64,000 nucleotides of DNA from Octopus bimaculoides (taxonomy: Eukaryota), in assembly GCF_001194135.2 (NCBI RefSeq), contig NC_068990.1:14963486-15027485 (forward strand), in the 5' to 3' direction. This document shows, in pieces, positions 1 to 14,300 of this stretch. A program made the position numbers and the translations under genes. How positions within the stretch are numbered: position 1 is the stretch's first letter; every line of letters begins with the position of its first letter. The notes beneath the pieces were generated by a model that worked only from the letters and a program-made list of their open reading frames with translations, ran no database searches and was not told the DNA's origin.

Positions 1-95
1 GACAAACAGTATTTTATCAAACATTTGATGTAAATTTATACACTACATTTGATGGATTGTAATTGAAATTTCGTTTTCTTTCATTTTTATTGTAG

Positions 96-1691
96 CCACA
101 CCTGTTCCAACAACAACGCTCCAACCCACAACACAAACAGGTAAACTATTTCTCATCCTGTGATACATCATTTTTGTTGAAATTTGAAATAATAATTATA
201 AAAATAATGGTATTTTCTTGATTGCATTTTATTTATTGATATTGTTTTCTAGAATCTTGGTGTGTATTCAATGATGGTTTGGAAGATGCCTCATTCATAA
301 GGGCTTGGGACATTAAATTGTCAAGCAATGATGAAAATCCTGATGCTATTCGCCCAGGTAGAAAAGGCTGGAAACCTGATGCAAGTGATAACAAGTGCAC
401 AGTAACATTGTTTGTTGGTGATGCTTTAAGATATGGTGCATCTATTCATTTATTAAGAGCTGTAGGTGTTGCAAAGTTTGATGTTATTCTCAGTGGTGGA
501 GAGAATAAGAGATTTAAGGTGAGTTTCAATGAGTGAATACACACCTCATTAAAACTGTTTATAACATAAATATTAGTAAAAATATAAGATATAAAGAATA
601 CTTTATAAAATATATTCCAGTATGTGCAAAGGTGATTTGTTATGTTTTTTTTATCTGTCTCCTCAAATTACAAATAAAACTACATATTTATGGATTGAAA
701 TGACCAAAAACTGGCTTGATATAATTTACACAGATGTCATTTTATGAATTTGAGAGTCTTGGAAATATATAATTTGAAAGTATTTTGTAAAGCCAATTAT
801 ATTCATTATTTAACTGCATTAATGTATATCTATCTATCCATTACCTATCAATCCAAAATGATGAAAAGAACTTATAAAAATTTTACATTGTATTATGTTA
901 AACACTGTGAAAATTCCACAAATTTTTTTTCCATCTAAAGCTGCCTTTTCTCGTATATTCTTCTATACCCAGAACAATGAAAAGGATGCTGTCGTTAAAA
1001 TTCCATTTGGAACAATATCAGACATAGTGAAAATCCATTTTGTTTCTGATTCACCAAACTGCAAAATGATTGTGACAGTATCTTTCAAAGGTTGTTTTGA
1101 ATCAAAGTGTGAGTATAATGCAAAACTATTGCAAAAAGTTCCTTACTATAAATCTCATAATACTTTACAATATTAACTCATTTGTATGCTGATGTTATTT
1201 GGTCTCTAGACCTCATCTTATCTCATCTTGTTTGCCCATTTATTCTTGGGAGTGATGTGGGGCCAGATGCCTCAAGTACATATTTCATTTTGTCTTGTCA
1301 GAAACTTCTGTCTCCAATTGTTCCAGGTTGATCCACAAGTAAGATGAATCCAGCTGATGGAGATTATCCAACCATCTTGTACGTAATCTACTGCTGGGTT
1401 TCCTGCCAGTTGGGTTTGCCTGTAAAACATGTCCAGTGATTTTTCAGAAGACATTTTTATCCCACATCCATAGTATCAGAAGTGTGATATCTTGATTTGG
1501 AAAAGTATTGACACTACCTGATACTCCTCTCTGATGTCTGAGCTATGCACTCTCTAGAGCTTGACTTGAAATTTTTATTCATGTATTCCATTTAACATAA
1601 CACTTGTTATCAGAATATATTTCTGTTCTTATAGCAACAACTCCACTACCAACAACAACAGTGCTTCCTACAACCACACCGCTACTAACAA
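96..1691 (+). CDS. Type I unit 1
   Basis: join(96..140,253..518,973..1108,1635..1691); D 45 nt, A 266, B 136, C 57. Confidence 0.85.
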
Positions 1692-4600
1692 GTATGTATA
1701 ATTAAACTCACTATAAATATTTGTAGATATATTATATTTGATTGTTAATTTACATATTACAATTTATGAAATAGTCAATGTAAATTTATAAACTTTCTGT
1801 GATAACTTCTTAAATTTTGTTGTCTTTCCTTTCCATTCTAGCCACACCTATCCCAACAACAACACTACAACCCACAACACAAACAGGTAAAGTCTTTCTC
1901 TTTCATAGAAGTACTACTGCTGTTTGAAATCGTAAAAATATTCATGTTAATAATGATGGTATTTTGTTCAATATGTTTTTCCCAAATTGACATTGTTTTC
2001 TAGAGTCCTGGTGTGTATTCAATGATGGTTTGGAAGATCCCTCATTAATCAGGGCCTGGGACATTAAATTATCAAGCAACGATGAAAATCCAGATGTTAT
2101 TCGGCCTGGTTTCAAAGGCTGGAAACCTGCTGCAAGTGATAATAAGCGCACAGTAACAATGTTTGTTGGTGATGCTTTAAGATATGGTGCATCTATTCAT
2201 TTATTAAGAGCTGTAGGTGTTGCAAAGTTTGATGTTATTCTCAGTGGTGGAGAGAATAAGAGATTTAAGGTGAGTTTAAATTATTACAAAAGTATAATCA
2301 CATTAAACTCTTATTAATGGAAGTAGATGTATTAAGTTATATTCTGTAAATTCAGATGACATTTTAAAATATTTCATGTGAATAATTAATATGCAAACAC
2401 GGTGAGCATTAGTCACCAAAATTGTTAATATTTAGATAGTTTTTGAATGATATTCGATAGTTCTGTAACATGCATTGCTCTAGAATAGATATTTTGTTTA
2501 CACAGGAACATGAGATTAAGAAATTATGCTTAAATCTATCTTGTGAAATTAAGAACATATTTCATTACCTCATATTGAGAACCTGGTTACAATTGAGACA
2601 AAATCATGCCACTTTTAACAGACTATCAGCAATGCAACATGGCCACCAATTTATATCAAAACCAGATCAGGTTAATGTTTAGCAGACAAATAAATATTAA
2701 TCATGATCACAGGCTTTCAATCACGTAATTTTTTGTAATTGATCAAAAAAAAAAATTAACGGTTATTGTATTTGAATTCATATTCTTTATTTGTCATCAC
2801 ACCCTCTCCAAAAGACTTTACCCTTTCCACCCTTCCACACAAAGTAACTATAACCAGAATCCTAGTCCAGTACCATATCGATCCCAAAATCTAATCAGTT
2901 TGTGCCAGTCATGAGGTCAAACATCCCTGAAAGTTTCATCCAAATCCATCCCGCGGTTCTTGAGATATCTTGTCTATAGACAAACAAACACGACTGAAAG
3001 CAATACCTCTGCCTTCGCTAAGGTGAAGGTAATGCCACAAAACAAGAGTAGCAGGAAATGCCACAAAACCCTGCATAAAGGATATGGTAACTAATAGTCA
3101 AGATAACCAGAAATTTGTTCTTTGATGAAATCATAGTCTGATATATATCTTCACATTTACTGAATTAATTCATATTAGAAGCTTGACAATAAGTCACAGA
3201 ACTAAATTTTTATTATGCTAATAACTTTACTTGCTTGGCTTTCATCATGTATTAATAATCTAAAGACATCCTCTCTCTAATTTCGTTGCGTATCTAGAAT
3301 AATGCAAAGGATGCTATTGTTAAAATTCCATTTGGTACAACATCAAACACAGTAAAAATCCACTTTAAAGCTGTTTCACCCAACTCCAGAATGATAGTCA
3401 CAGTATCTATCAAAGGCTGTTTTGAATCAGCATGTAAGTATGAAGAGATTCACACTCAAAGTACTTTGTTATAGAACTCATAATGTTTTACAATCTTAAC
3501 CCATCTGTAGACTCAATGGTAGAATTCTGCTTTAACCCCTCATAACCTTGCTATTTTTTTTGAAACCTTCAGAAAATTTTGGCAAATTTGTGTTCAACAC
3601 TTGGGAATACATATGATTACACTAAAAAAAAAATTGTATGTGATTTAAAGGCTATCTAGCTGCTATCTTTAACACATCTCACACCCACCTGGTACCCTCC
3701 TTATTTCTTTGTCACTCTGACATATTGATGTTTTTCTATATTTTTTGCCCCATAAACATATTTAATGGTCTATTGCCAGGATTTGAGCCAAAGATTTGGA
3801 ATGTCCATCTTTTATACTCGAATTTAAAAACAAAGAATTCGAAAAATTAAGAGAAAAATATTCTTTTAAATATTCAAAAATTAGAAAGAATTCTATTTTC
3901 ATAATTGTATGTATTCTCTTGTGTGGAAGACAAATATACAAAAAATTTCTGAAAATTCTAAAAAGCAGACAAGTTATCAGGGGTTGGGATGCTTAAACCA
4001 GAATTCCACTGACTCATTAATGCAAAACAACAGTAATTATGAAACAAATTATAGTTAATATCGTATATCATTTCTGATTTTAAATTAATATTATAGGAAG
4101 TAAGTAAAAATGATTTTGTCCATTATACAATTAATATTCATCTATTATCCAATTTGCCATCGTTGTAGAATCTATATACTTAAATGGTATGTTCTTATAA
4201 ACTACTGTCTTGTTTGTATTTCACACAATCAAAACATTTACTGATATGCAATTCCCATGTGTTCAGATAATATTCGATATCTAGAGCTCATCATATTTCA
4301 TTTTTTTATTCACTTATTCCTGGGGGGGGGGTCGTAGTGTCAGAGATCTCAAGTACTCTGTCCATTGGGTCCTGTCAGAAGCACCCATCTCCTATTAATC
4401 CGATTGGATCCCCAAGTGAGATAAACCACGGTCATGGATGTCATCCAATCATTTTAGTCATGGTCCACTGCTAGTGGGTTTTGTCTGTAGAACATGTCCA
4501 GCAATTCTTTCCTCAGACGTTCTTACCACATATTATTAATATCAAAATTGTGATCTCTCTATTTGGAGAAGTAGTGACACTACCTGGAACACCTTGATGA

Positions 4601-7600
4601 TCTCTGAACTATGCACTCTCTAAAGCTAAGCTTGAAATTTTTTCTACTGTTTATGAATATTCATGTATTCCCTGTGACATAACACTTGTTATCAAAATAT
4701 ATTTGCTGTTCTCATAGCAACAACACCACTACCAACAACAACAGTACTTCCTACAACCACACCACTGCTAACAAGTATGTATAAGCATTCATTTCTTATG
4801 ATACATTAAACTCGCTATAAATACTTTGTTTTTGTATCTGGTTTACAAAATTCTTTATATGAATTCATGTGTTGAAGCAAATTTTCTTGTGTTTGAGGAG
4901 AGTTATACTGCTTCAAGGCCTTAATATTTAACACACTCACCAGTTCATTTTCCACTCATTTATTATTTATATATTTTTTTTCCCAAAATTTTCATTGCTT
5001 TTGCAGCCTTGTAAATGGCTGTTGACTCTGTCCATTATAGGAGCTGTAGATATTTGATTGTTGATTTGCAAATTACATTGTATGAAACAGTCAACGTAAA
5101 TTTATAAACTTCCTGTAATAATTTCTAAAATTTTGTTGTTTTCCATTTCCATTTTAGCCACACTTATCCCAACAACAACTCTACAACCCACAACACAAAC
5201 AGGTAAGGTCTTTCTCTTTCATAGAAGTACTACTGTTGTCTGAAATTCTAACAATATTCATGTTAATAATGGTATTTTGTTCAATATGTTTTTCCCAAAT
5301 TGACATTGTTTTCTAGAATCCTGGTGTGTATTCAGTGATGGTTTGGAAGATCCCTCATTAATCAGGGCCTGGGACATTAAATTATCAAGCAACGATGAAA
5401 ATCCAGATGTTATTCGGCCTGGTTTCAAAGGCTGGAGACCAGCTGCAAGTGATAATAAGCGCACAGTAACAATGTTTGTTGGTGATGCTTTAAGATACGG
5501 TGCATCTATTCATTTATTAAGAGTTGTAGGTGTTGCAAAGTTTGATGTTATTCTCAGTGGTGGAGAGAATAAGAGATTTAAGGTGAGATTTAATGAGTTT
5601 AAATTGTTACAAAAATATTATGACAGTAAACTTTTAATTGAAATAGATTCTTTTGACTAAGCTATTTTCTGAAAAATTAGATGACATTGTAAAATATTTC
5701 ATGCAATTGATATACAATTATCGAGTGTGCATTAGTGGTCAAAATTGTTGATACACTCTTACACTGTTGTTTGGTGGCTTTAAACAGCTTTTCTTTAAGT
5801 CATTTTGAAATACAGCAGTCTTTAAATAATATTTCATTGTTCTTTTATTGTTATTGCTCTAAAGTTGATGATTTGTTGACACTAAAACAGGATATTACAT
5901 AACTGATATATTTATTCTCTTTTATGAGAGATTTAATTTTTTAATAAATTTGCAGTTAGCAGGCACAATCATTAACGTTTCTGCCTGCTCACTGCCTTTC
6001 AATAAATATGTATTAAAACTTTGACAGTATATTATGGTAAAACATTTCCTTATACTAATTACTCTGCATCTTCTGCCTGTAGTAAATTCTATAAGCTAAA
6101 CCTGCCTTATTTTTAATTTGGTTGTGTATCTAGAATAATGCAAAGGACGATATTGTTAAGATTCCATTTGGTACAACATCAAGCACAGTGAAAATCCATT
6201 TTAAAGCTGTTTCACCAAATAACAGAATGGTTGTTACAGTATCTTTCAAAGGCTGTTTCGAATCACAGTGTATGTATAAAGTAATTTTTTTTCCCTTGAA
6301 ATTCGTTGTCATAAATTTTATAATTCTTCACAAAATTCACCCATCTCTAGACTGTTTGATGCAAAACAATAACAATTATGAAATGAATTATTAGCATTTT
6401 CATCATCATCATCATCATCATTTAACGTCTGTTGTCCGTGCTGGCATGGGTCGGACGGTTTGACCAGAGCTGGAAAGCTGGAAGGTTTCATTCTGAGTTG
6501 TCATGGTTCCTACAGCTGGATGCACCTCCTAACACTAACTGCTTTACAGAGTGTGCTGCGTGCTTCTGCGTGGCACTACATGAGTGCTTTTATGTGGTGC
6601 TGCATGAGCATTTTTATGTGGCACCATTATGTGGCACCATATGAGTGCTTTTATGTGGCACCAGCATGAGTGTTTTTTGCTTGGCACCAGGCCAAAGCAC
6701 TTCACCACGGGGTGGGGGGGCTTAACACTTCTGCTGTGGAGCACAGGTCTTCTTGAATACAAGGTGCCCAGTATCTTGGTCCTTTCTCATCTTGTCTGAA
6801 TGGTTCAGCGTCCTGAGGTCGCTTTTCACTAATTTGTCCCATGTCTTCCTGGGTCTCCCTTTTCCATGTGTTCCGTCTACCTTGAGAGATTGGCACTTCT
6901 TTATGGAGCTATTGGCATCCATCCACATCACATGACTAAGCCAGCACAGTCTTCTCTCTTGCACATAATATGTAATCATAGTGAATAATATAATCATTAA
7001 ATATCATGATAAACGTTTCCTTAATCATTAATCATTTGCTAATTATAATATTGGTTAACATGATTTGAAATTAATTTTGTATTTATTAATAACTTAGCGG
7101 AGAGACGCCACTCACCATTTGCAACAGAACAGAAAATGTAAACAATCAGCCCAGGGGCTGCTGGGAGAACTACAGCTCACCCCTTTAGCTATGATCTCCA
7201 TGCCTTCAGTACTCAAGCTATTTTCCACAGAAACTTGGGGTAATCCTACACAGCAAGTATAGCTCAAAACCCACTTTTTAGATGGAAATCCTGGGGGTCA
7301 TCTTGTACACCCTGTCGTATTATACACCAGCATATACAGCATTTTATAAAAGAGTTTTCAGTGTGTATTGTAGAAAATGAAAATATTTACAGATATCCAC
7401 TTCTTATAACTATGTAATACCAAATCTCCTGATCATCATCATCATCGTTTAACGTCTGCTTTCCATGCTAGCATGGGTTGGACGATTTGACTGAGGCCTG
7501 GTGAAAGCGGATGGCAACACCAGGCTCCAATCTGATTTGGCAGAGTTTCTACAGCTGATATTGTTTATGTATCTTTTTTTTAATTTATTTTCTGCAACAG

Positions 7601-8255
7601 TTGTCATCAGAATATGTTTTCTTTGTTCTCATAGCAACAACACCAGTACCAACAACGACTATTCCTACAACTACACTTCTGCCAACAAGTATGTAAAAGA
7701 ATTCATTAATAAAACTTTGTAATGCTAAAATTCAAATTTTGTTTCTCTGTGACATGTTTTAATGAAAATAGTACAGAGTAGAACACCTAATTCATAATGC
7801 TTGATCATCATCAACTTATCCTATAGAGAAATAACAAAGTGTATCATACCACCAGGACTAGATTTAACAGTAGGAGCTTTCTTGTGGGCATAGTGGATGA
7901 AGAAAAGCACAAATTTATACACATGAACATAGACACACATTTGAATTTCCAGTTACGAACAACAACACTGCCTCTAGATGCTGGAACTATTCTGAGAGCA
8001 ATATAAGTAAGTGTATGCATTGTAACAGTGTACACTTTTTAAAATTTATTAGCTTTTATTTTATTTTCACATATATTTTATTTTACCATTTCTAATTTAA
8101 TATTAGCTTTAGGCTGAAGCTGAGACCAATGTCAAGTCAGATAAATTGACTTTAGTTCAGGCTTCAATTTCTCCATTAATTTCTTTAAAAGAAGTGATGC
8201 AAAATCAAAAATGAATTAACTTGAAACAATATAAGCTGAGAAAGGCCTGTGTGTA

Positions 8256-8328
<73 letters not shown>

Positions 8329-11300
8329 GCATACCACAGCTTGTCGTTTTGTGTGTGTTGATATGATTATTACCAGTAGTTAAAATCTTAAGTCAGTTAG
8401 AGTAGCTAAAATCGACTGCATAAGTTCTACCCACAATGAGATTTTGCTAATAATGGGAAATTATTGTTCAAAAAGAAAGCATATTTCAGCTACTTTTCTG
8501 CTATATTCATAACTTTTATTATAAATGTTTATTCTGTTATCCAAAATTGATTGTCTTGAAATCCCATTGCATTTCATTACTTATTTTTATCGCTTGTAAA
8601 CTAAATATATAAATATATATTAAAGATATATCGATAGGACTATAACATCAATGCTGCATTTGTGTTGTTTCTTTTTATGTTGAATTAATGAAATACATAA
8701 TAAACTTTCAAAGAAAAAAAAAATTGTTTGCACTAAATTGTGTTTCAAATATAAAATTTATACAAAATCACCATCATTCAAATTCAACTAATTAATAAAC
8801 GAATACTAGTATATACTTATAGTATGTATTAAATGCAATGGAAATAGCTGTTTGTGTATTTTATTGCTTGTTAACATCTACAAACAATATTTTGTGGAAT
8901 AATGAATGTAAATTTCTGAACTTTATATGATGGTGAATGAAATCTTGTTTTGTTTTTATTTTAGCCACACTTATTCCAACAACGACACAACAAATAACAA
9001 CACAAACAGGTAAAGACTCACTTTAATGGAAATATTACTGTTGTTGGAAATCATAATACTCATGTTTATATTGATGTTCTGCTGATCGCATTTTACTTAT
9101 ATTGTTTTCTAGAGTCCTGGTGTGTATTCAACGATGGTTTGGAAGATCCCTCATTAATAAGGGCCTGGAACATTAAATTATCAAGCAATGATGAAAATCC
9201 AGATGTTATTCGGCCTGGTTTCAAAGGCTGGAAACCTGCTGCAAGTGATAACAAGCGCACAGTAACGATGTTTGTTGGTGATGCTTTAAAATATGGTGCA
9301 TCTATTCATCTCTTACGATCTAAATGTGTTGCAAAGTTTGATGTTATTCTCAGTGGTGGAGAGAATAAGAGATTCAAGGTGAGTTTTAATGTGTTTAGTT
9401 TGATTCAAAGATATTGGCAATGTAGGCTTGAGAACAGGTGGTGCAGGTGCCACCCTACACACATGTGCACACCCAAATTCTCATAGTGGTGGGTGGGGGG
9501 CAATGCAAACGTTCTGAACCTCCTTGTGAAAAATTAGGTTTGCATCCCTCAAGCAAATTTCTTTCCCACTCTTAGATTGACAAGTTAAATTTTCATTAAA
9601 ATAAGTGTCATTATTCTATATTGATGTGAATTTCAATGACATTTCTAAATGAATATAAATAATAATAATGCAGACTTTATATGCACTTGCAGCTGCTGTT
9701 TATTGGCTAAGCACATTCCTTGTTATTTTGAAATATAATAGTTAAATGATGTTCTATAAATATCTGTTCTCTATTGGTCATTCTCTATTGTATAGCTGTC
9801 GTTCTCTACTCTCTAGCTCTCCCAAAATTCATATTTTGTTAACACTAAAACAGAAAATTAAAAGACTAGCAACATAAATAAATCATTATTTCACATTCAG
9901 TAACTGATCAGCTTTTAGATAAGATCATACCACTTCTGGCAGTCAAATAGCAATGAGACTAGATCACACTATTTTTTAAGCAAAATTGGTTAGAATGAAA
10001 TATTCTTTGAAGTTGATTTGATAAAAGAATCATGAACCACCAAGCAACAAATATGTAACTAAATTCCCAGAATTTTCAATACCAGTGAAAAAGAAAGATT
10101 TCTGAATTATGTTTCACTAAGGTCAATGTATTTGTATCTTTTTCTCAGTACTGTTAAGAGAATCAAAAATTTGTTTAGTGAAGTAATCAAAATCTGATAT
10201 ACTTTTATTTTGATGTTATCTGAATAAATATGTATGGAAAACTTGACAATATATCATTGTAGTAAAACATTTCATTATGCAAATCTCTCTGCCTCTTTCA
10301 CTGTAGTAATATTTCATCATCAAAACTTACATATCTTTCATTTTGTTGTGTATCTAGAATAATGCAAAGGATGATATTGTTAAAATTCCATTTGGTACAA
10401 CATCAAACACAGTGAAAATCCATTTTAGAGTTGTTTCACCCAACTGCAGAATGTTAATCACAGTATCTTTTGAAGGATGTTTTGAATCAGCATGTAAGTA
10501 CAAATCAGTTCTAGACAAAAAAATTCAAGCTTTAAACCATTCTTCACAGTAATTACCAATCTATACAATGTTTAATCCATAATACGATTGTGCAAGTAAT
10601 TATATAAAATATTGTAGTTAATAATGAATAAAGTAATCAGAGTGAATCATCATGAATATTTATTTAATCGTTGATGATTGTAAATTTGGTTAGCATTATA
10701 TTTGGAAATAACTATGTAAATACCAATTAACAATTTGAACTTTTAATTGAATATGTTTTACATATGTCATGTATGAAAGTCTAAATTGATATATTTCTCC
10801 TTCTATTATACAAGTTTTACCTTAAATGATATATAGTACATTATCTTGTTTGCCTCTTACAAATTCCACTAACTGATCATTAAACAACTTTCATAATTTT
10901 TGCTTAATATAAAATAAAGAATTAGTTTTGATGTAATATGTATGGTGACAATAATGATGTAATAATACTGACGTAAAATATTATTAGTCATGGTTGTAAC
11001 TAGATGTAAGAAGACCTTTCTATTGAGATTTAAGACCAAAATTAAATGATGACTCATAGCTCAAATCTTACAATGTGGAAAGCATATTCATTATTGTAAC
11101 AACAGATAACTTATACCAAATGACACAAAGATTCAGAACAAAGAAGATTAATCTTTTCAATGATGGAACAATTTAACCCAATAAATTAAATAGTTGGTAA
11201 GAACTAAGTTTATACAAATTTTAGTCCAAAATTTGAGAGCAGAAATTCTGCACTCAGGATAGCAAGACCATGCATGACAGAATGAATAAAAAAGAATTAC

Positions 11301-14300
11301 ATCTTTCTATGTGGAAGAAAAAATATGTTAAAAGGATGCCCTAGATGAAATTCGATGCATTTGTATTATGCAATATGGGTTTCATATTCATTATCATATT
11401 TTAAGTGAGTTTCTATGCATGGGTGTTATACAATACAGATACTGACAGATGTTTGTTATATTTCATTAATAGCCACTGTAAGTAAAAATAAAGTTCTAAA
11501 GTTTAAAGTTATATTTTTCTGAATTGCAAGATTATGTGGAAATAATATTGAAGTGTTCTGATACTGAAGCAACTTGTAATACACAAGCTTTTTGTCATCA
11601 TAAATGATCAGACTGATAGCCTTTGTGTACATTTAATAGCAACTGCCGCATGTTGGTACAAAAGTTGTTTGTTGTAGTAAAACAGAGGGATCAAGCCATG
11701 TGCAAAGAGAATGCATGGGTGCACATGTGTATGTCTGAGGGTGCGTTTGTGGTTCCTTGTCTTGACATCATGTGATAGGTGTAAAATGGATGTCACCATC
11801 TTATAAGTTGGTGATTTGTTCTAAAACTTCCATAAAACATATTCAGTCATGTGGAAATATTACAATGCTTAGAAACATGTGGGAGTCGGTGATAGGAAGA
11901 GCATTCAGCTGTAGATAATTTGGCTCAACAAATTCATTGACTCATGCAAGCATGGAAAAGTAAACGTTCAAACAAAAATGTTGCATGCAAACCTAGCTTC
12001 TTATTGAGACAGTTATGTCACATGAGAGGCAATGCATGATTGCGAGTAAAGTGTTTGTAGCGATTTATAGAAGTTGCTACACATTTCTCTTAAATCTCCA
12101 GAAATATAGCTTCAGTTATTTCTATAACTGATATGATATGCTGTTTATGTGTTTCCATTCATTCCATTTCACATAACACCTATCATAACATTTTTCTTTG
12201 TTTTCATAGCAACAACACCAGTACCAACAACAACGATTCCTACAACCACACCTCTGCTAACAAGTAAGTGAAAATATTCAATGCTTAATATATATTAATC
12301 TCAAGGCAGAATCGTTAGCACACCAGGCAAAATGCTTAGTGAATTTCCTCTGTCTTCATGTTCTGATTCCACTGGGGTCAACTTTGCCTTTCATCCAATT
12401 GAGGTTGATAAAATAAGTGCCAGTTGAGAGCTGGGGTTGATTTAATCAACTTAGCCCAAACATTCCCAAACCTGCTGGCCTTGTGCCAAAATTTGAAGCC
12501 AATATATATTAGACTTAATAAATATTGATTTATGATAATATATGACATTTTTTGTTTCCTTTCCATTTTAGCCACACCTTTTCCAACAACATTACAACCC
12601 ACAACACAAACAGGTAAAGTCTTTCTTTTTCATAGAAATATTGATACTCTTGGAAATTGTAATGATACTCATAACAATAATGGTTTTGCTGCTTGTTTTA
12701 ACTTATTGACATTGTTTTCTAGAATCCTGGTGTGTATTCAGTGATGGTTTGGAAGATCCCTCGTTAATAAGAGCCTGGAACATAAAATTATCAAGCAATG
12801 ATGAAAATCCAGATGTTATTCGCCCTGGTTTCAAAGGCTGGAAACCTGCTGCAAGTGATAACAAGCGCACAGTAACATTGTTTGTTGGTGATGCTTTAAG
12901 ATATGGTGCATCTATTCATCTCTTACGATCCAAAGGTGTTGCTAAATTTGATGTTATTCTCAGTGGTGGGGAGAATAAGAGATTTAAGGTGAGTTTTAAT
13001 GTGTTCAATCTTTTAGAAAAATTATTACATCATATCAATTTTTGTAGCTAGTAAAAAATGACACAATCATCCTGCTTTCAGCAATGAGAAATGACACACA
13101 ATCACACTAATTTGGTGGTCATTTGTCAGAAAAAGACAAACACATCACTTTTGTTAACTTATCATAAATTTGTGTTATTTTATATGATCTTACATTCGTT
13201 ATTTGCTTTCATGACCCTCTAATACTAGGAAAGACTGATTACTATATAAATGAGAAAAACAATAAAGTACCTTTAACATAGCCCAGTGGTTCTCAACTGG
13301 AGTCCATGTAACATTTTTCTGTTAAAGTTTATGTGCAATAAATTGGTTCTACTTGTACAATACACAAAATTGTTTAGCAATTTTTTTAATACAATTCCTA
13401 ATAATATTTCATTATAAAAATATTATTATAGGATTTTATTAAACATCAACTGGCTATGGAAATCCAGTAGAAAAAAATAGGGACCGAATGATCCATAGTT
13501 AAAAAGTGGTTGAGAACTGCTGATTATAGCCAGAGAGAAAATACAACAAAGTCTGGTGGAATGTAAGGTTTTATAAATGCTTTAAAGAATAGTACGATAC
13601 ACAGAAAATTGAGGAAAAGAAGTAGGAGAAAAAAACCAAAACAAATGAGTTGGATAAACAATGTACAATTAGTGTAGCTCTCATTGATCGTCAGATAACA
13701 TCAGAAAGACACATGGTAAACATTTGGTGTAAGTAGAGTTAGTTTAAGCAACCAAACTGAAAGGAGCAAACCTTTTAGCCCTTTTGCCTTTAAACTGGCC
13801 ATATTCAGCCCAAATAGTTTATCTGTTTTATGATCAAACTGGCTAGATCCAGCCTCTCACATCTGGTTAACATCACCGAAATCTCAAAGCTACAAGACAA
13901 TGCATGATTAATTTAAAACAATGTGAATAAATAAGCATTACATTTGACAGAATAATTTGAATGCTAATGGATTAAATTAAGAATACCAACAAATATCATC
14001 ATATATAAATGATGTTCAGAGAGGGAAGCATCTTTTATGGGTATAGGAACATAAGAAACAGCCACTGAATGGTTAGCACACAAATCAAATGGAGTGGTGA
14101 GACTTTTGGAAAGTGATGGATGGAAATATATGACACACAAGGTGAATGAAGATTTCTTACAGCAACAGAGAAATATCCTATCAGTGTAATGCTCATGGTT
14201 ATATGTAGGAAATTGCAAATAGAACTTTTAAGTATAAAAAATATGAAGAAACTATTTTGATATGTAATGACTCTCCTCTATCAATGATATCTAAATGATT

